Shown: positions 29,066-39,482 of the stretch, one piece after another | Layout of the letters: every line of letters starts with the position of its first letter | Numbering within the stretch: the stretch's first letter is position 1 | NCBI GenBank assembly: GCA_020435995.1 | Contig: JAGQYO010000006.1 | Span: 2,105-66,104, forward strand | From: Flavobacteriales bacterium | GTDB lineage: Bacteria > Bacteroidota > Bacteroidia > Flavobacteriales_G > Salibacteraceae | Direction: 5' to 3' | DNA length: 64,000 bases | Notes under the pieces: generated by a model | Told to the model about the DNA's origin: nothing | The model's database searches: none | The model's input: only the letters and a program-made list of their open reading frames with translations | Position numbers and translations under genes: made by a program

Positions 29066-30166
29066 TTAGAACGCTTCAGAAACAGTGAAGTAAAATTCAT
29101 CTCTGTTTTCTCCTCTGGCGTAATCAAGCCTAAGATTTAAACGCTCTTTTTTATTAAACGCCATTCGGATACCACCTCCATAACTGGGTCTTATGTATTG
29201 GGCTTCAAATTGAGATATTTCATGAGCAACTACGCCCATACCTGCAAACGCCGCCAAACCGAAAATTCCCCAAAAAGGACTTCTGTATTCAATTTGTGCG
29301 GCACTGTAATGTTGGTCTCGAAATGTGCCTAACTTGTAGCCCCGCATGATACGTTGCCCACCCAATTGTGCCATCCGATTGAAGGGAACCTCACCAAAAT
29401 TATATTCTCCATACGCTTGAATGGCAAGTACATGGGTTTTGTAAAAATTGATATACTGCCTCAAGTCAATCACAAAATGATTGTAGGAAAAATCACTTAA
29501 AAAAGCCTCGTCAAAGAACAACACGCTCATTCGATAAAAATGACCTTTGAGTGGTGCATACACGTTGTCGCGTGAATCAGTTAGTATTTCCCAGCCCATA
29601 CCGCTAGTCACACCTCCGTGGCTTCCTGGTATTTGGCCCGAGTCTAATTGCCCCCCTTTTTCTAAATTATAAATGGTTGAATTCTGGGTAAAAATAGTTG
29701 GTCCGGTGTACCACGATTTTTTTATTTTTTGTAAAAATGTAGCGCTAAGCCTTGGAAAGCTTGCTGTATAATTCTCTTTAAAATCGGGTGGATTTTGGTT
29801 GCCCACACCAGCGTAAAAATAGGGGAACTTATAAAAATCTACTTCCCCCGAAATGCGAAACATATCTTGTTTGAAATAGAGCCGGAAAGGGATGCTAAAT
29901 AGTATCTGATCGTTGTTGGTATAGGCAAAAGAGATACCCGTGGTGGACATGGGGGAAAGGCTGTCTGACTTATTAAATTTAAAAAAGCCAACAGCTGCCG
30001 CTCCAAAGGCCCAACGCGTTTCTGGGGTATAGTACACTATGGGAGTTGCGAACCAACTTCTGTCTTTGTTTTGGATGCGCTCTACCCACCTAAGCGAATC
30101 GGGCGTTTGGGCCTTTATACCCAAAGAAAAAAGTAGAATAAAAATTGAAAGAAGTATGGGTTTCAT
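29066..30166 (-). CDS. BamA/Omp85-like outer-membrane beta-barrel protein without POTRA domains
   Basis: Signal peptide MKPILLSIFILLFSLGIKAQ. Surface-antigen (D15)-type barrel with the terminal motif YFTVSEAF. I moved the start to the second Met (30166), which is preceded by a -7 box. The ORF-track start is 30187. Confidence 0.6.
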   Translation of the reverse strand: MKPILLSIFILLFSLGIKAQTPDSLRWVERIQNKDRSWFATPIVYYTPETRWAFGAAAVGFFKFNKSDSLSPMSTTGISFAYTNNDQILFSIPFRLYFKQDMFRISGEVDFYKFPYFYAGVGNQNPPDFKENYTASFPRLSATFLQKIKKSWYTGPTIFTQNSTIYNLEKGGQLDSGQIPGSHGGVTSGMGWEILTDSRDNVYAPLKGHFYRMSVLFFDEAFLSDFSYNHFVIDLRQYINFYKTHVLAIQAYGEYNFGEVPFNRMAQLGGQRIMRGYKLGTFRDQHYSAAQIEYRSPFWGIFGLAAFAGMGVVAHEISQFEAQYIRPSYGGGIRMAFNKKERLNLRLDYARGENRDEFYFTVSEAF

Positions 30167-30173
30167 TTCGGAT

Positions 30174-30647
30174 TCAAAAGTATCCATATTCTTTGCGGAG
30201 CAAGCCGACTACGTGGGCATCAATTAAAAATTGAAAATCATTGGGCTGCAAGTATGCAATCGGCTGCCACCTAAATGATTCTTGATCCCCTTCTAGGTTT
30301 GGATCAAAATCAAATTTTTTACTGGAAATACGAAATTGTGGAGGTCCCAAAATTTTTGCGAAGTAGTAGATGCATATTACTTGTTCCCATGGTCTGAAAT
30401 ACGATCTAACAAATTGGTCGGTGGTGTAGAAATGCCTCACAATCTCTATTTGTTGATTCATTTCTTCTCGCGATTCTCTGCGCAAACACTCCAGTGGCGA
30501 TTCGCCGAGCTCCAAACCGCCGCCCGGGAATTTGCTGTATTGTTTCGTTCTAATAATTTCATCAGAAACCAATACCTCTTCTTTTTCATTTACAAAAAGG
30601 GCGTAAACCCGTACATTAAATTTTGAAAGCTCTTGTTTGTTTTCCAT
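30174..30647 (-). CDS. Nudix hydrolase
   Basis: 157 aa. The Nudix box is GGGLELGESPLECLRRESREEMN (GX5EX7REUXEEXGU). Confidence 0.9.
   Translation of the reverse strand: MENKQELSKFNVRVYALFVNEKEEVLVSDEIIRTKQYSKFPGGGLELGESPLECLRRESREEMNQQIEIVRHFYTTDQFVRSYFRPWEQVICIYYFAKILGPPQFRISSKKFDFDPNLEGDQESFRWQPIAYLQPNDFQFLIDAHVVGLLRKEYGYF
30175..30182 (-). promoter_or_regulatory. Candidate -7 promoter box (TACTTTTG), 8 nt before the ATG
   Basis: The reverse complement of caaaagta is TACTTTTG. It lies in the last codons of the Nudix gene, and the ATG at 30166 follows after 8 nt. Confidence 0.4.
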
Positions 30648-31342
30648 TATCCCACTTTTATGGCCCTGGTAATTTCCCGCTTACCTGGCGGGCCTGGCAA
30701 TGCTTCAACCATAAAACCAGATGCCTTTAGAGCTCGCTTAACAGCTCCCTTTGCACAATAGGTCACCAATATTCCATTTGGATTGATCGCATCAAATAAT
30801 TTCTTAAAAATGGATTCACTCCACAAATGTGGCTGTATTTCCGGAGCAAAGGCATCATAATAAATCAAATCGAATTTACTTATTGGTGTCCAATTTTCGA
30901 TGTCAGATTGTATTTTATGGAGTTCGAAATCGGCATTAATTGTTATGAATTTGTTCCAAGAGCATTCGTGTAGCTTTCGGTAAATGTCGGCACCGTAGTT
31001 TTGGTTAAAACGAAGTGTTTTCCAAATTTCAGGTTCTAGAATTCGGTTTTCGATGCTAGTATATTTTACCAGAACACCTAATTTTTTACATTCCAGCGCA
31101 GTTAAAAAGGCGTTTAATCCAGTTCCAAATCCCATTTCAAGTATAGAAATGGTAGACTTTGTGTTTAGTACATAATGAAATCCGGCATTGATAAACACAT
31201 GATTCGATTCTTGTACAGCTCCGTGTGTAGAATGGTATGACTCATTCAACTCTTTATTAAAGAGCGTGTCAGAGCCGTCTTCCGTTTTTCTAATTTCTAG
31301 ATTACTCAAGGTTTGCGGGGTATTCGTTGGAAATATATTCAC
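30647..31342 (-). CDS. SAM-dependent tRNA U34 methyltransferase, MnmD/MnmC-C-terminal-domain-like
   Basis: 231 aa. It begins KTEDGSDTLFN...YHSTHGA, carries SAM motif I ILEMGFGTGLNA, and then DLIYYDAFAP...PHLW. This is the pattern of stand-alone MnmC methyltransferase domains. GTG start. Confidence 0.65.
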   Translation of the reverse strand: MNIFPTNTPQTLSNLEIRKTEDGSDTLFNKELNESYHSTHGAVQESNHVFINAGFHYVLNTKSTISILEMGFGTGLNAFLTALECKKLGVLVKYTSIENRILEPEIWKTLRFNQNYGADIYRKLHECSWNKFITINADFELHKIQSDIENWTPISKFDLIYYDAFAPEIQPHLWSESIFKKLFDAINPNGILVTYCAKGAVKRALKASGFMVEALPGPPGKREITRAIKVG

Positions 31343-31895
31343 ATAGCGACTCGAAAAATTCTTTGAATTCAGCCTCTATTTCTAAATAGTTTGATTCGAG
31401 TATCTCAACGGATTTTTCTAAGCCGGATGTGAATTTTGATCTCTTGGACATGCCGTTAAAAACCATCTGGAGGTGCGCCAATTCTTGATAATAGAAGAGC
31501 ATGTTTCGGCTGGTCATATAGAACAAAAAGCGCTGAGAGTTTAAAGGGAGAATTTTGGAATTCTCATTTAAAAGGTCATACATCTGCGCGGCGTAGTCTT
31601 GTAATGGTTCGTGGTGATAGTCACTCCAATTTTTGGCTAAAAAGTGGTCGTAAACTACATCTACGGCTATACCAGCATATTTATGAAGCTGTGGCCGAAA
31701 TTTTATGATGGATTTTTTGACTACATCGTGAGAGTCTGTGAAGGTGTCGATCGCTCGGTGCATCACAATTCCTTTTTGAATGCCCTTAGAAAAAGTTTCT
31801 ATTTGACGACCTTTTACAGCGTCCGCAATAAAGTTTCCGATCAATAAATCCTTATTGTTTTTTGCGAGATATAAATGTGCTAGATGATTCACCAC
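31302..31895 (-). CDS. Acyl carrier protein phosphodiesterase (AcpH-like)
   Basis: 197 aa. N-terminal (M)VNHLAHLYLA...GNFIADAVKG parallels E. coli AcpH (MNFLAHLHLA...GNLLADFVRG). GTG start. Confidence 0.7.
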   Translation of the reverse strand: MVNHLAHLYLAKNNKDLLIGNFIADAVKGRQIETFSKGIQKGIVMHRAIDTFTDSHDVVKKSIIKFRPQLHKYAGIAVDVVYDHFLAKNWSDYHHEPLQDYAAQMYDLLNENSKILPLNSQRFLFYMTSRNMLFYYQELAHLQMVFNGMSKRSKFTSGLEKSVEILESNYLEIEAEFKEFFESLCEYISNEYPANLE

Positions 31896-31958
31896 GCGAA
31901 AGTAACCCTATGCCCGTTAAGAGGCTGTTAATGATGATGAGCTTTTAGATTCACGGGC

Positions 31959-31966
31959 TACATTTG
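31959..31966 (+). promoter_or_regulatory. Candidate -7 promoter box (TACATTTG), 4 nt before the ATG
   Basis: Exact TAnnTTTG match. The ATG at 31971 follows after 4 nt (cccc). Confidence 0.45.
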
Positions 31967-31970
31967 CCCC

Positions 31971-33407
31971 ATGCAAAAAATGTTAGTGCTTTTATTCCTT
32001 GCATCGATGGGCTCCATTCAGTCTCAGCAACTTCCTGATAAGTTTGTAGATAAGGAATGGGCTTATTATAACCAGAACATTCAGATATACTTGAATGATG
32101 TGCTTGGTAATGCACTTATGACTGGCATTTCGGAGGATTATGTGATGGAAAAATTAGCCGTTGAAGATTTTATTTTCCATCAATACAACACCTTATACAT
32201 TGACGGGATTCGAAGAGTTGATTACAGCGAAGATGTAAATCAACCCTTTTATTGGTTCGATTTTGATCGAGATAAGCACATTTCATTGGCGAGCATTCTA
32301 CTTTATATTGGAGAAAATTACTCGGGTTTCTATGGCGACCATCTTTACCATAGGCCATATTTGAAACATGAATATGTAAAGTTGAGAGATAGCTTGAATT
32401 TGGAGAATAACACGAATATCGTGTTTCGAGAAAAGTGGTATTTGGAACATGATTCGGCTCGTTTTTTTAAGCAAGTTACCATGGCTGGCTTGTGTATTGA
32501 CTCTAGCAGTGAGCCGATTGTTTGGGTTGACTTAAACTTTGTCGAACAAAAGGTGCTGAATCGGTTTAATATGATCAATATGGCGGGAATTTCGAGTTTT
32601 ACGGAGTACTTGAATAAGCAACCATTTTATGCAAAAAGTTTGGATATGTATTTCTCTCGCACCGAGGTGCAACGTGGTGCAGACCCTTTCAACAGTGAAT
32701 TGGAAGCCTATGTCTATGCTGAACAAATGAAAGATGAAGCCAAGAGAGCCTTTTATCATCTACCAGAAAACCAAAAAAGTGCTGGAGAAGTGAAAAATGA
32801 TAAATTGCTGGGAGCCATGCCATACGGGATTTTTGAAGGTTCATGGACCTGTTTTGATAACGAAGGGAATATGCTGGCTAACTATCATTTTTCCAACGGT
32901 GTGCTCGATGGGGATTATATACTGTATTATAAAAATGGAAGAGTAGCAGAATTAGGCAGTTTTAAGGCGGGGTTAAAACATGGGCCTAGCACCAAACTTT
33001 ACAGGAATAAAAAGCCCCTGGCAAGGTTAAATTACCAAAATGGAATTTTTGATGGACCGCAGCGGTTTTTCTATGCCAACAAAAAGCCCTACCTCACTTT
33101 TTCTTTCGCCGATGGAAAAAAGAACGGGTTATGTACCATAGCTTATGATGATGGAACAGTTAAAATGAGTGGCCTTTTTAAGGATGATTACATTTTTGAT
33201 GTATGGGAGTACAATATAAAATTGGAAGAATCTTTTTGTTCCTTTTTGAAAGACCAAGAGGATTATAACATTAGAAGCCCTAATATAGCCCTTGGTGCTA
33301 TGAAAGATTGCACGGCTTCTTTCGAATACACGTTTAGGCATGAACTTACCAAAGATTGTTATAATGGTCTTTGTGTATTGCCTAGTTTGGGCGGAGAGGT
33401 TAAGTAG
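31971..33407 (+). CDS. Secreted protein with unknown N-terminal domain and C-terminal MORN-variant (YwqK-like) repeats
   Basis: 478 aa with a signal peptide. The C-terminal third has repeated G-x-[WY]-x-x-[YF]-Y-x-N-G-x units (GSWTCFDNEGN, GDYILYYKNGR, GPSTKLYRNKK, GPQRFFYANKK, GLCTIAYDDGT). Confidence 0.55.
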   Translation: MQKMLVLLFLASMGSIQSQQLPDKFVDKEWAYYNQNIQIYLNDVLGNALMTGISEDYVMEKLAVEDFIFHQYNTLYIDGIRRVDYSEDVNQPFYWFDFDRDKHISLASILLYIGENYSGFYGDHLYHRPYLKHEYVKLRDSLNLENNTNIVFREKWYLEHDSARFFKQVTMAGLCIDSSSEPIVWVDLNFVEQKVLNRFNMINMAGISSFTEYLNKQPFYAKSLDMYFSRTEVQRGADPFNSELEAYVYAEQMKDEAKRAFYHLPENQKSAGEVKNDKLLGAMPYGIFEGSWTCFDNEGNMLANYHFSNGVLDGDYILYYKNGRVAELGSFKAGLKHGPSTKLYRNKKPLARLNYQNGIFDGPQRFFYANKKPYLTFSFADGKKNGLCTIAYDDGTVKMSGLFKDDYIFDVWEYNIKLEESFCSFLKDQEDYNIRSPNIALGAMKDCTASFEYTFRHELTKDCYNGLCVLPSLGGEVK

Positions 33408-34182
33408 TTTGTTTTCCAAATCCCTCAAAAACGCCCAATGCGAAAAGGGCGTAATCGTATTTTACCGGATCGTTTGAATCCAATAGCCTTAATTGAGCAG
33501 TAACTTCCTCCACGGCCTTCCAATCATCCTGCGTTCGATGTAGGAGCTTCAATTCGCGGCTCACGTTTCCAGTATGTACATCAAGCGGAAGCATCAATCT
33601 CGATGGCGAAATACTTTTCCAAATTCCAAAATCAACACCTCTATTGTCTTGTCGAACCATCCAACGCAAAAACATATTGATACGCTTAGTAGCCGAGCCT
33701 GTAAGGGGGTTGCTCAAATGTTTTTCACTTCGTTTTTCATGATGAGTTTCTAGAAATGCGGTTCTAAAAGCCGAAATACCTTCGGCAATGGTGTCTCCTA
33801 TAGCAAACAATTTTTCCATGCCATTGTGTTGCGCATAAATACTCCGTAGCGATGAGATAAAGAATTGTAAATCTTGCCCTTGAAAAGTGCGATGTTTGAA
33901 ATCCGAAAGACCTGAAATTTGTTTGGAATTGGCTTCCATAACAAAACCATAGGGAGACTCGCCAAGGTATTGTGAGAGCTTAATTCCATTGTTAATAATG
34001 GTTTTGCGCTGGCCCCAAGATATAGTGGCTACTATAAAAGCTACAATTTCGATGTCTTCTTTTTGCTGGTAAAGGTGGGGAATTTGGATGGGGTCACTTT
34101 CTATAAAATTGCTGCGGTTGTAGCGGTCGACTTTTTCGTCCAAAAAACCTTTAAGGTCACTAATTTCGGTAGGGCTATTCAA
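33400..34182 (-). CDS. TIGR02757/DUF2400-like conserved hypothetical protein
   Basis: 260 aa. Its size, its position next to lolD and blocks such as [11 protein letters not shown] and LPLDVHTG match my memory of this Bacteroidota family. Unverified. Confidence 0.55.
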   Translation of the reverse strand: MNSPTEISDLKGFLDEKVDRYNRSNFIESDPIQIPHLYQQKEDIEIVAFIVATISWGQRKTIINNGIKLSQYLGESPYGFVMEANSKQISGLSDFKHRTFQGQDLQFFISSLRSIYAQHNGMEKLFAIGDTIAEGISAFRTAFLETHHEKRSEKHLSNPLTGSATKRINMFLRWMVRQDNRGVDFGIWKSISPSRLMLPLDVHTGNVSRELKLLHRTQDDWKAVEEVTAQLRLLDSNDPVKYDYALFALGVFEGFGKQTT

Positions 34183-34825
34183 TCATCCCGTCTTTGATAA
34201 CCAATTTTCGATCAGCCATATTAGCCAATTCTTGGTTGTGTGTTACGATCACAAAAGTTTGGTTGTAATGCTCTCTTAAATGAAAAAACAAATTGTGAAG
34301 GTCCTTGGCATTTTCTGAATCCAAATTGCCGCTTGGTTCATCGGCCAGTACCACCGAGGGGCGGTTCATTAAAGCTCGTGCAACGGCCACCCTTTGTTGT
34401 TCTCCACCACTTAATTCCGATGGTTTGTGTTCTGCCCGCTCCAATAGGCCCAAAAATTCCAATTGTTCTTTTGCTCTTAATTCGGCCTCTTTGCGTGAAA
34501 GTCCTGCAATATATGCGGGAATACAAACATTTTCGAGGGCCGTAAATTCGGGTAGCAATTGGTGAAACTGAAAAACAAACCCGATGTGCTTGTTTCTAAA
34601 ATGAGCCAATTTGTTGTTCTTTAGTTTGAGTACATCAGTACCGTTAATCCAAAGTTCACCGCTATTGGCAGAGTCTAAGGTCCCTAATATTTGAAGCAAG
34701 GTGGTTTTTCCTGCACCGGAGGCACCCACAATGGAAATAATTTCTCCAGCGGCTACTTCCAAATTAATGTCCTTGAGTACTTCTAAGGAACCGTAAAGTT
34801 TGCGTATGTGCTTGGCTTCAATCAA
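34175..34825 (-). CDS. lolD: ABC transporter ATP-binding protein, LolD-like
   Basis: 216 aa. Walker [10 protein letters not shown], signature [15 protein letters not shown], Walker [13 protein letters not shown]. Confidence 0.85.
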   Translation of the reverse strand: MIEAKHIRKLYGSLEVLKDINLEVAAGEIISIVGASGAGKTTLLQILGTLDSANSGELWINGTDVLKLKNNKLAHFRNKHIGFVFQFHQLLPEFTALENVCIPAYIAGLSRKEAELRAKEQLEFLGLLERAEHKPSELSGGEQQRVAVARALMNRPSVVLADEPSGNLDSENAKDLHNLFFHLREHYNQTFVIVTHNQELANMADRKLVIKDGMIE

Positions 34826-34835
34826 GGCGTCAAAG

Positions 34836-35924
34836 TTACTCAGCTTCGTCGAATCCGAAGTACCCTATAATTGGATAATGATCAGAAAGATCAATTTTTT
34901 TGGTTTCGAAATAATAATTGGTAACTGAGGGGCTGTGAAACATATAATCTATTCGAAGTAATGGAAATATTCCTTGATAGGTTGAACCAAATCCCGTCCC
35001 GTTTTCTTCAAAACAGTCGAGCAAGTCACCCTTGATGATATTATAAGAATAGGAGAGGGGTGTGTCATTAAAATCACCACATACAATTACGGGATAGGGA
35101 CAGTCTTTGATGTGATTCGATATGTTAGTAGCCTGTTCCTCTCTTTTGATAAAGGCATTTTTAAGTCGCGCAAGGAGGTTTTTGGCGCCAGTAATTTGGG
35201 TAGAATCGGTGGCATTTATTTCTTGAAAAAGCTTGTAGTCTGCGGGTTTCATATTCAAACTTTGCAGGTGCATGTTGTAAATTCTAACAATTTTTCCATT
35301 AAAATCGATATCCGTAAAAATGCACATGTTGGTGCCCTGTCGGCTAAACTCTACGCGGCCTTTATTAACTATGGGATACTGTGAAAAGGTAGCCAAGCCA
35401 AACAAATTGCCTCTAAATTCTACTAAATATTCAATGTGTTTGTATTTGGCATGTGTGATTCGTTTTATCGAATCTAAAGGGCTGAATCCCTTGCGGCTGG
35501 TTTGAAAAAACTCCTGAAAACAGTACACATCAAACACCTCTTCATCTAGGTATTTAAAAACCCGCTTGCTGGGTTCCGTTGTAAATACAGGGCCATTTAG
35601 TCCCAAAGCACCTTGGTTGTGGCTCAATATTTTAACCGCTTCGATAGGCGGGTATTCTGTTTGGCTGTTGAGCCTAAAAAAATTGATGAAGTTGAAGTAA
35701 CCTAATATGATAACAACAACCGACAAAAACACTTGTTTTTTGAGCCTGATCGTCCAATACAAAACAAAAATGAGATTGGAAAGGAGTAAAAATGGGTAGG
35801 CTAGGCCAAAAAACGAAACGAACCAAAAATGAGTTGGGTTAAGAAATGGAGATAAATAAGACAAGAGTAGTCCTACGGCTGCCAGTATATTTAACCCATA
35901 AATAAGTTTATCTAAAAGTTTCAA
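34836..35924 (-). CDS. Membrane-anchored endonuclease/exonuclease/phosphatase (EEP) family protein
   Basis: 362 aa with a TTG start. Three N-terminal TM helices, then an EEP fold with NMHL, GDFNDTP and the terminal SDHYPI motif. Confidence 0.75.
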   Translation of the reverse strand: MKLLDKLIYGLNILAAVGLLLSYLSPFLNPTHFWFVSFFGLAYPFLLLSNLIFVLYWTIRLKKQVFLSVVVIILGYFNFINFFRLNSQTEYPPIEAVKILSHNQGALGLNGPVFTTEPSKRVFKYLDEEVFDVYCFQEFFQTSRKGFSPLDSIKRITHAKYKHIEYLVEFRGNLFGLATFSQYPIVNKGRVEFSRQGTNMCIFTDIDFNGKIVRIYNMHLQSLNMKPADYKLFQEINATDSTQITGAKNLLARLKNAFIKREEQATNISNHIKDCPYPVIVCGDFNDTPLSYSYNIIKGDLLDCFEENGTGFGSTYQGIFPLLRIDYMFHSPSVTNYYFETKKIDLSDHYPIIGYFGFDEAE

Positions 35925-36003
35925 AGCCTAATTGACTATCTAACAAAGATGAAATCTATTGAAATAGTACCGTCAGAAACTTCGCGAAAGTTTTCAAACG
36001 ATG

Positions 36004-36891
36004 TTAATGCTTGTCGCTGGCCTTAAATAAAAACTCTTTTTCAGATTCTGAAAGGCTATCGTATCCAGATTGAGATATCTTATCGAGGATAGAATCTATT
36101 CTTTTTTGTTTTTCTGCGGCCGTCATGTTACTCCCTGTTGCTGTGGCGTGTTCTTTTCTAGGCGCCTTGGCTTTGTATTGATTGGATACAACTTTCATTT
36201 TCTTTTTGGCACTAAATGGCCCAGTAAACCAAGAGATCATTCCGTGAAACGCAACAGACCAGTCTTGGCCACTTTGCAGTTGCTTGATAAAAACGTAACC
36301 CATAGCTGCTCCTCCGATATGCGCTAATTTTCCACCCATATTTACAGAGAAATCGAGCAACGATGTAAGCACAAGCGCACCTAAGGCGAGGTACTTCATT
36401 TTTACCCTTCCAAACAAAAAGAGCATAATTTCAAATTCGGGAAGCAATGTGGCCACAGCAAATACTACGGCCATAACACCTGCTGATGCTCCGAGCAGAA
36501 GCTGCCCTATATGTGTTGATCCGGTGGCATTTAGAATGTTGTAACTCACGAAATAAGTTAAACCACCAGCAATACCGCCTAAAAAATAAACAGCTGAAAA
36601 ACGTTTGTCACCCAAGTATTCAATCAGAATTTTACCCATCCAATGCAACCAAAGCATATTGAAAAGGATGTGGAAAAATCCTGCGTGCAAAAACATATAA
36701 GTCACGATACTCCACGGCTGCATCAATAAAGTTCCTGGGTCGCCTGGTAGCGCGAAGTAATTTTTTATAGGAAATGCATATTGAAGTAAATTGGTGATGA
36801 GGTAGGTAACACAAGTAATAAGAATGATTTTTGAAAGTGAACTCTTACCCCCAAAAACCTTTTTTGCATCGTCTAAAATAAAATTCGCCAT
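36004..36891 (-). CDS. Rhomboid family intramembrane serine protease with C-terminal soluble tail
   Basis: Catalytic GASAGVMAV (Ser) and HIGGAAMG (His). I set the start at MANFILDD (ATG 36891), 2 nt after the upstream stop. The ORF-track start at 36921 would overlap the upstream gene by 28 nt. Confidence 0.85.
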   Translation of the reverse strand: MANFILDDAKKVFGGKSSLSKIILITCVTYLITNLLQYAFPIKNYFALPGDPGTLLMQPWSIVTYMFLHAGFFHILFNMLWLHWMGKILIEYLGDKRFSAVYFLGGIAGGLTYFVSYNILNATGSTHIGQLLLGASAGVMAVVFAVATLLPEFEIMLFLFGRVKMKYLALGALVLTSLLDFSVNMGGKLAHIGGAAMGYVFIKQLQSGQDWSVAFHGMISWFTGPFSAKKKMKVVSNQYKAKAPRKEHATATGSNMTAAEKQKRIDSILDKISQSGYDSLSESEKEFLFKASDKH

Positions 36892-36893
36892 AA

Positions 36894-37637
36894 TTAAAAA
36901 TAGCTTGACTTTGATTTCCAATACCGAATTAAGATATACCCAAACAGCATACCTCCTAAATGAGCAAAATGGGCTACATTATCACCAGGGCTGTTTTGCA
37001 GACCAGAGAACAATTCAAACGCTCCATACATGGCAACAAAATACTTTGCTTTAATTGGCACTGGTATAAACATCATATAAAGCACCGTATTGGGAAACAA
37101 CATCCCAAAAGCCAGCAAGATACCAAATAAAGATCCAGAAGCACCTACTAAACCACCATTAATGAGTCCGTTTAAGTTCGCCATGTCGGGGTCTACAAAA
37201 TTGCGATGGGTTTGAATAAGTGCCGCGCCATGGTCCCTTACATAGCTAATCGATTCGGGACTCATTAAGCTTTCAAAATGTTGTATTTCGAAGAAAACTA
37301 TACCGTAATGCAAAAGGGATGCTCCGATTCCGGTGAGGATATAATATACTAAAAATCGTTTTTGTCCCCAAGTGTTTTCAATGGCTGACCCAAACATCCA
37401 AACGGCAAACATGTTAAAAAACAAATGGCCGAAACTCCCGTGCATAAACATATAGGTGATCAACTGGTAGGGTTTGAATAGTTCGGATGAGAAGTAATGC
37501 AAACCAAGCGATGACCTCAAATCAATGTCAAATGTGACATTAAAGGATATGGTCGCCAAAAACATGAGCCCATTGATAATAATGAGGTTTTTTACCACTG
37601 GAGGTAAAAAAGAAAACGATGCAGGCCTAAAATTCAT
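36894..37637 (-). CDS. Rhomboid family intramembrane serine protease
   Basis: 247 aa. HGSFGHLFFNM, catalytic GASGSLFGILLA (Ser) and HLGGMLFG (His). The ATG directly abuts the mutL stop (TAAATG). Confidence 0.9.
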   Translation of the reverse strand: MNFRPASFSFLPPVVKNLIIINGLMFLATISFNVTFDIDLRSSLGLHYFSSELFKPYQLITYMFMHGSFGHLFFNMFAVWMFGSAIENTWGQKRFLVYYILTGIGASLLHYGIVFFEIQHFESLMSPESISYVRDHGAALIQTHRNFVDPDMANLNGLINGGLVGASGSLFGILLAFGMLFPNTVLYMMFIPVPIKAKYFVAMYGAFELFSGLQNSPGDNVAHFAHLGGMLFGYILIRYWKSKSSYF

Positions 37638-39482
37638 TTAACCAAATTGTTTTGTGAGTTCATCTAATCCATAGGAACAAATAATAGCCTTTCCGCGTGG
37701 TGTAATATAGGGTGAATTACACGCAAAAAGCCTATCCACCAAATCCGAAATTTCGGCGTGTTTCATTTTTCTTCCAGATTTAATGCAGTTCTTGGTGGCC
37801 AACGAAAGTGCAAGTGATTCCTGCTTATCAATTCCCAGTTCTTGATGGTTTTCTTTAAAGTCTTGAAGCATCGATTCTATCAGTTGTTGTACTTCAATTT
37901 GTTCGCTTCCCATGGGTACACCTCTTACAATGAAAGAATTTTTTCCAAACTCCTCCATGTCAAATCCCAAACTTTTAAACTGTGCCAGCAACTCATTTAT
38001 GAGGGCGGAGTCTTGGGCATTTACTTCAACGGTAGTAGGAAATAAACTCTGCTGGGAAAACGGAAGTTGATCGTTCATGGCGTTTAAGTACTGCTCAAAC
38101 AAAATGCGCTCGTGTGCCCGTTGCTGGTCTATTACAATCATTCCTGATTTAATGGATGACACGATGTATTTGTTGTGCAATTGCATGTATTTGGTGCCCA
38201 GTGTTTCTTCGCCTTCTTCCGAATCCACTGTCGTCGCCTGACGTTTTTGTTCAACTTGGCTGCCACTGCCATTTGTTTCAAAATCAAAAGTTTTTGACTC
38301 CGTAGAAAAGAAGGACTGATAGCCATCCATAAAATGCTTGGAAGGCCTTATCACATTGCCTTCTTGCGATCTTTGGGTGTTGTTAAACGGGTTAAAATCC
38401 TTGTTTACCGAAATAATGGGCTCTACCGGTGTTTGGTTAGCATCGATGGAATCAAAAACAGTTTCTCGCTCAAAATCAAGAGAAGGCACAATGTTGTGTT
38501 CACCCAGTGCTTTTTTTATGGTGCTGAAGAGAATGGCGTAAACCGAACGTTCATCTTCAAATTTTATCTCAGTTTTTGTTGGATGAATATTGATGTCTAT
38601 AAAAGCCGGTGCGCAATCCAATGTGAGGAAGTAGCTGGGATGACAGCCGTTGGGTATAAGCCCATCGTAGGCAGCTTGAACCGCATGATGCAGGTAGTTG
38701 CTTTTCACAAATCTTCCGTTCACAAAAAGGTATTGCTCCCCTCTGGTTTTTTTTGAGCTTTCGGGTTTACCAATAAAACCACCGAGGTTGATGATGTTAG
38801 ACTCTTCAAAAACCGGCACCAAACGGTCATTCATTTTTTTGCCAAAAATGGCCACAATTCTTTGCCTTAGTGTACCACTTTCTAAATGAAAAACTGATGT
38901 GTCATCCATGATGAGAATAAACCCGACGTGTGGATTGATTAAGGCAACTCGTTCGAATTGATCTATGATGTGTTTATTTTCTAAGGTATTGCTTTTGAGA
39001 AATTTGCGCCTTGCCGGCACGTTAAAAAACAAGTTTTTTACACTTATACTTGTACCTTTTGGACAGTTGCAATTTTCTTGTTTTTTCACGATCGAACCTT
39101 CAACCACTATGCGGGTTCCGAGGTCTTCATCTTCTAGTTTGGTTTTAAGTTCGCATTGGGCAATAGCTACAATTGAAGCAATAGCCTCACCTCTAAAACC
39201 CATGGTGGTGATGTGAAACAAGTCATCGGTTTTTCGAATTTTAGACGTTGCATGTCTTTCGAGTGATAGCCTAGCATCGGTGGTCGACATGCCTGTGCCA
39301 TTGTCTACTACCTGTATGAGTGTTCTGCCTCCATCTTTTACCACCAATTCAATTAAGCGAGCGCCTGCGTCAATAGAATTTTCCATCAATTCTTTTACAA
39401 CCGAAGCTGGGCGTTGCACTACTTCTCCGGCGGCAATTTGGTTAGCAACCGAATCGGGTAACAGTCGGATTACATCGTTCAT
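37638..39482 (-). CDS. mutL: DNA mismatch repair protein MutL
   Basis: The GHKL ATPase motifs are IAAGEVVQRPASVVKELMENSIDAG and DNGTGM. The C-terminal dimerisation domain is present. I set the start at MNDVIRLLPD (ATG 39482), which overlaps the upstream stop as TAATG. The ORF-track N-terminal extension of 35 aa is not MutL-like. Confidence 0.95.
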   Translation of the reverse strand: MNDVIRLLPDSVANQIAAGEVVQRPASVVKELMENSIDAGARLIELVVKDGGRTLIQVVDNGTGMSTTDARLSLERHATSKIRKTDDLFHITTMGFRGEAIASIVAIAQCELKTKLEDEDLGTRIVVEGSIVKKQENCNCPKGTSISVKNLFFNVPARRKFLKSNTLENKHIIDQFERVALINPHVGFILIMDDTSVFHLESGTLRQRIVAIFGKKMNDRLVPVFEESNIINLGGFIGKPESSKKTRGEQYLFVNGRFVKSNYLHHAVQAAYDGLIPNGCHPSYFLTLDCAPAFIDINIHPTKTEIKFEDERSVYAILFSTIKKALGEHNIVPSLDFERETVFDSIDANQTPVEPIISVNKDFNPFNNTQRSQEGNVIRPSKHFMDGYQSFFSTESKTFDFETNGSGSQVEQKRQATTVDSEEGEETLGTKYMQLHNKYIVSSIKSGMIVIDQQRAHERILFEQYLNAMNDQLPFSQQSLFPTTVEVNAQDSALINELLAQFKSLGFDMEEFGKNSFIVRGVPMGSEQIEVQQLIESMLQDFKENHQELGIDKQESLALSLATKNCIKSGRKMKHAEISDLVDRLFACNSPYITPRGKAIICSYGLDELTKQFG

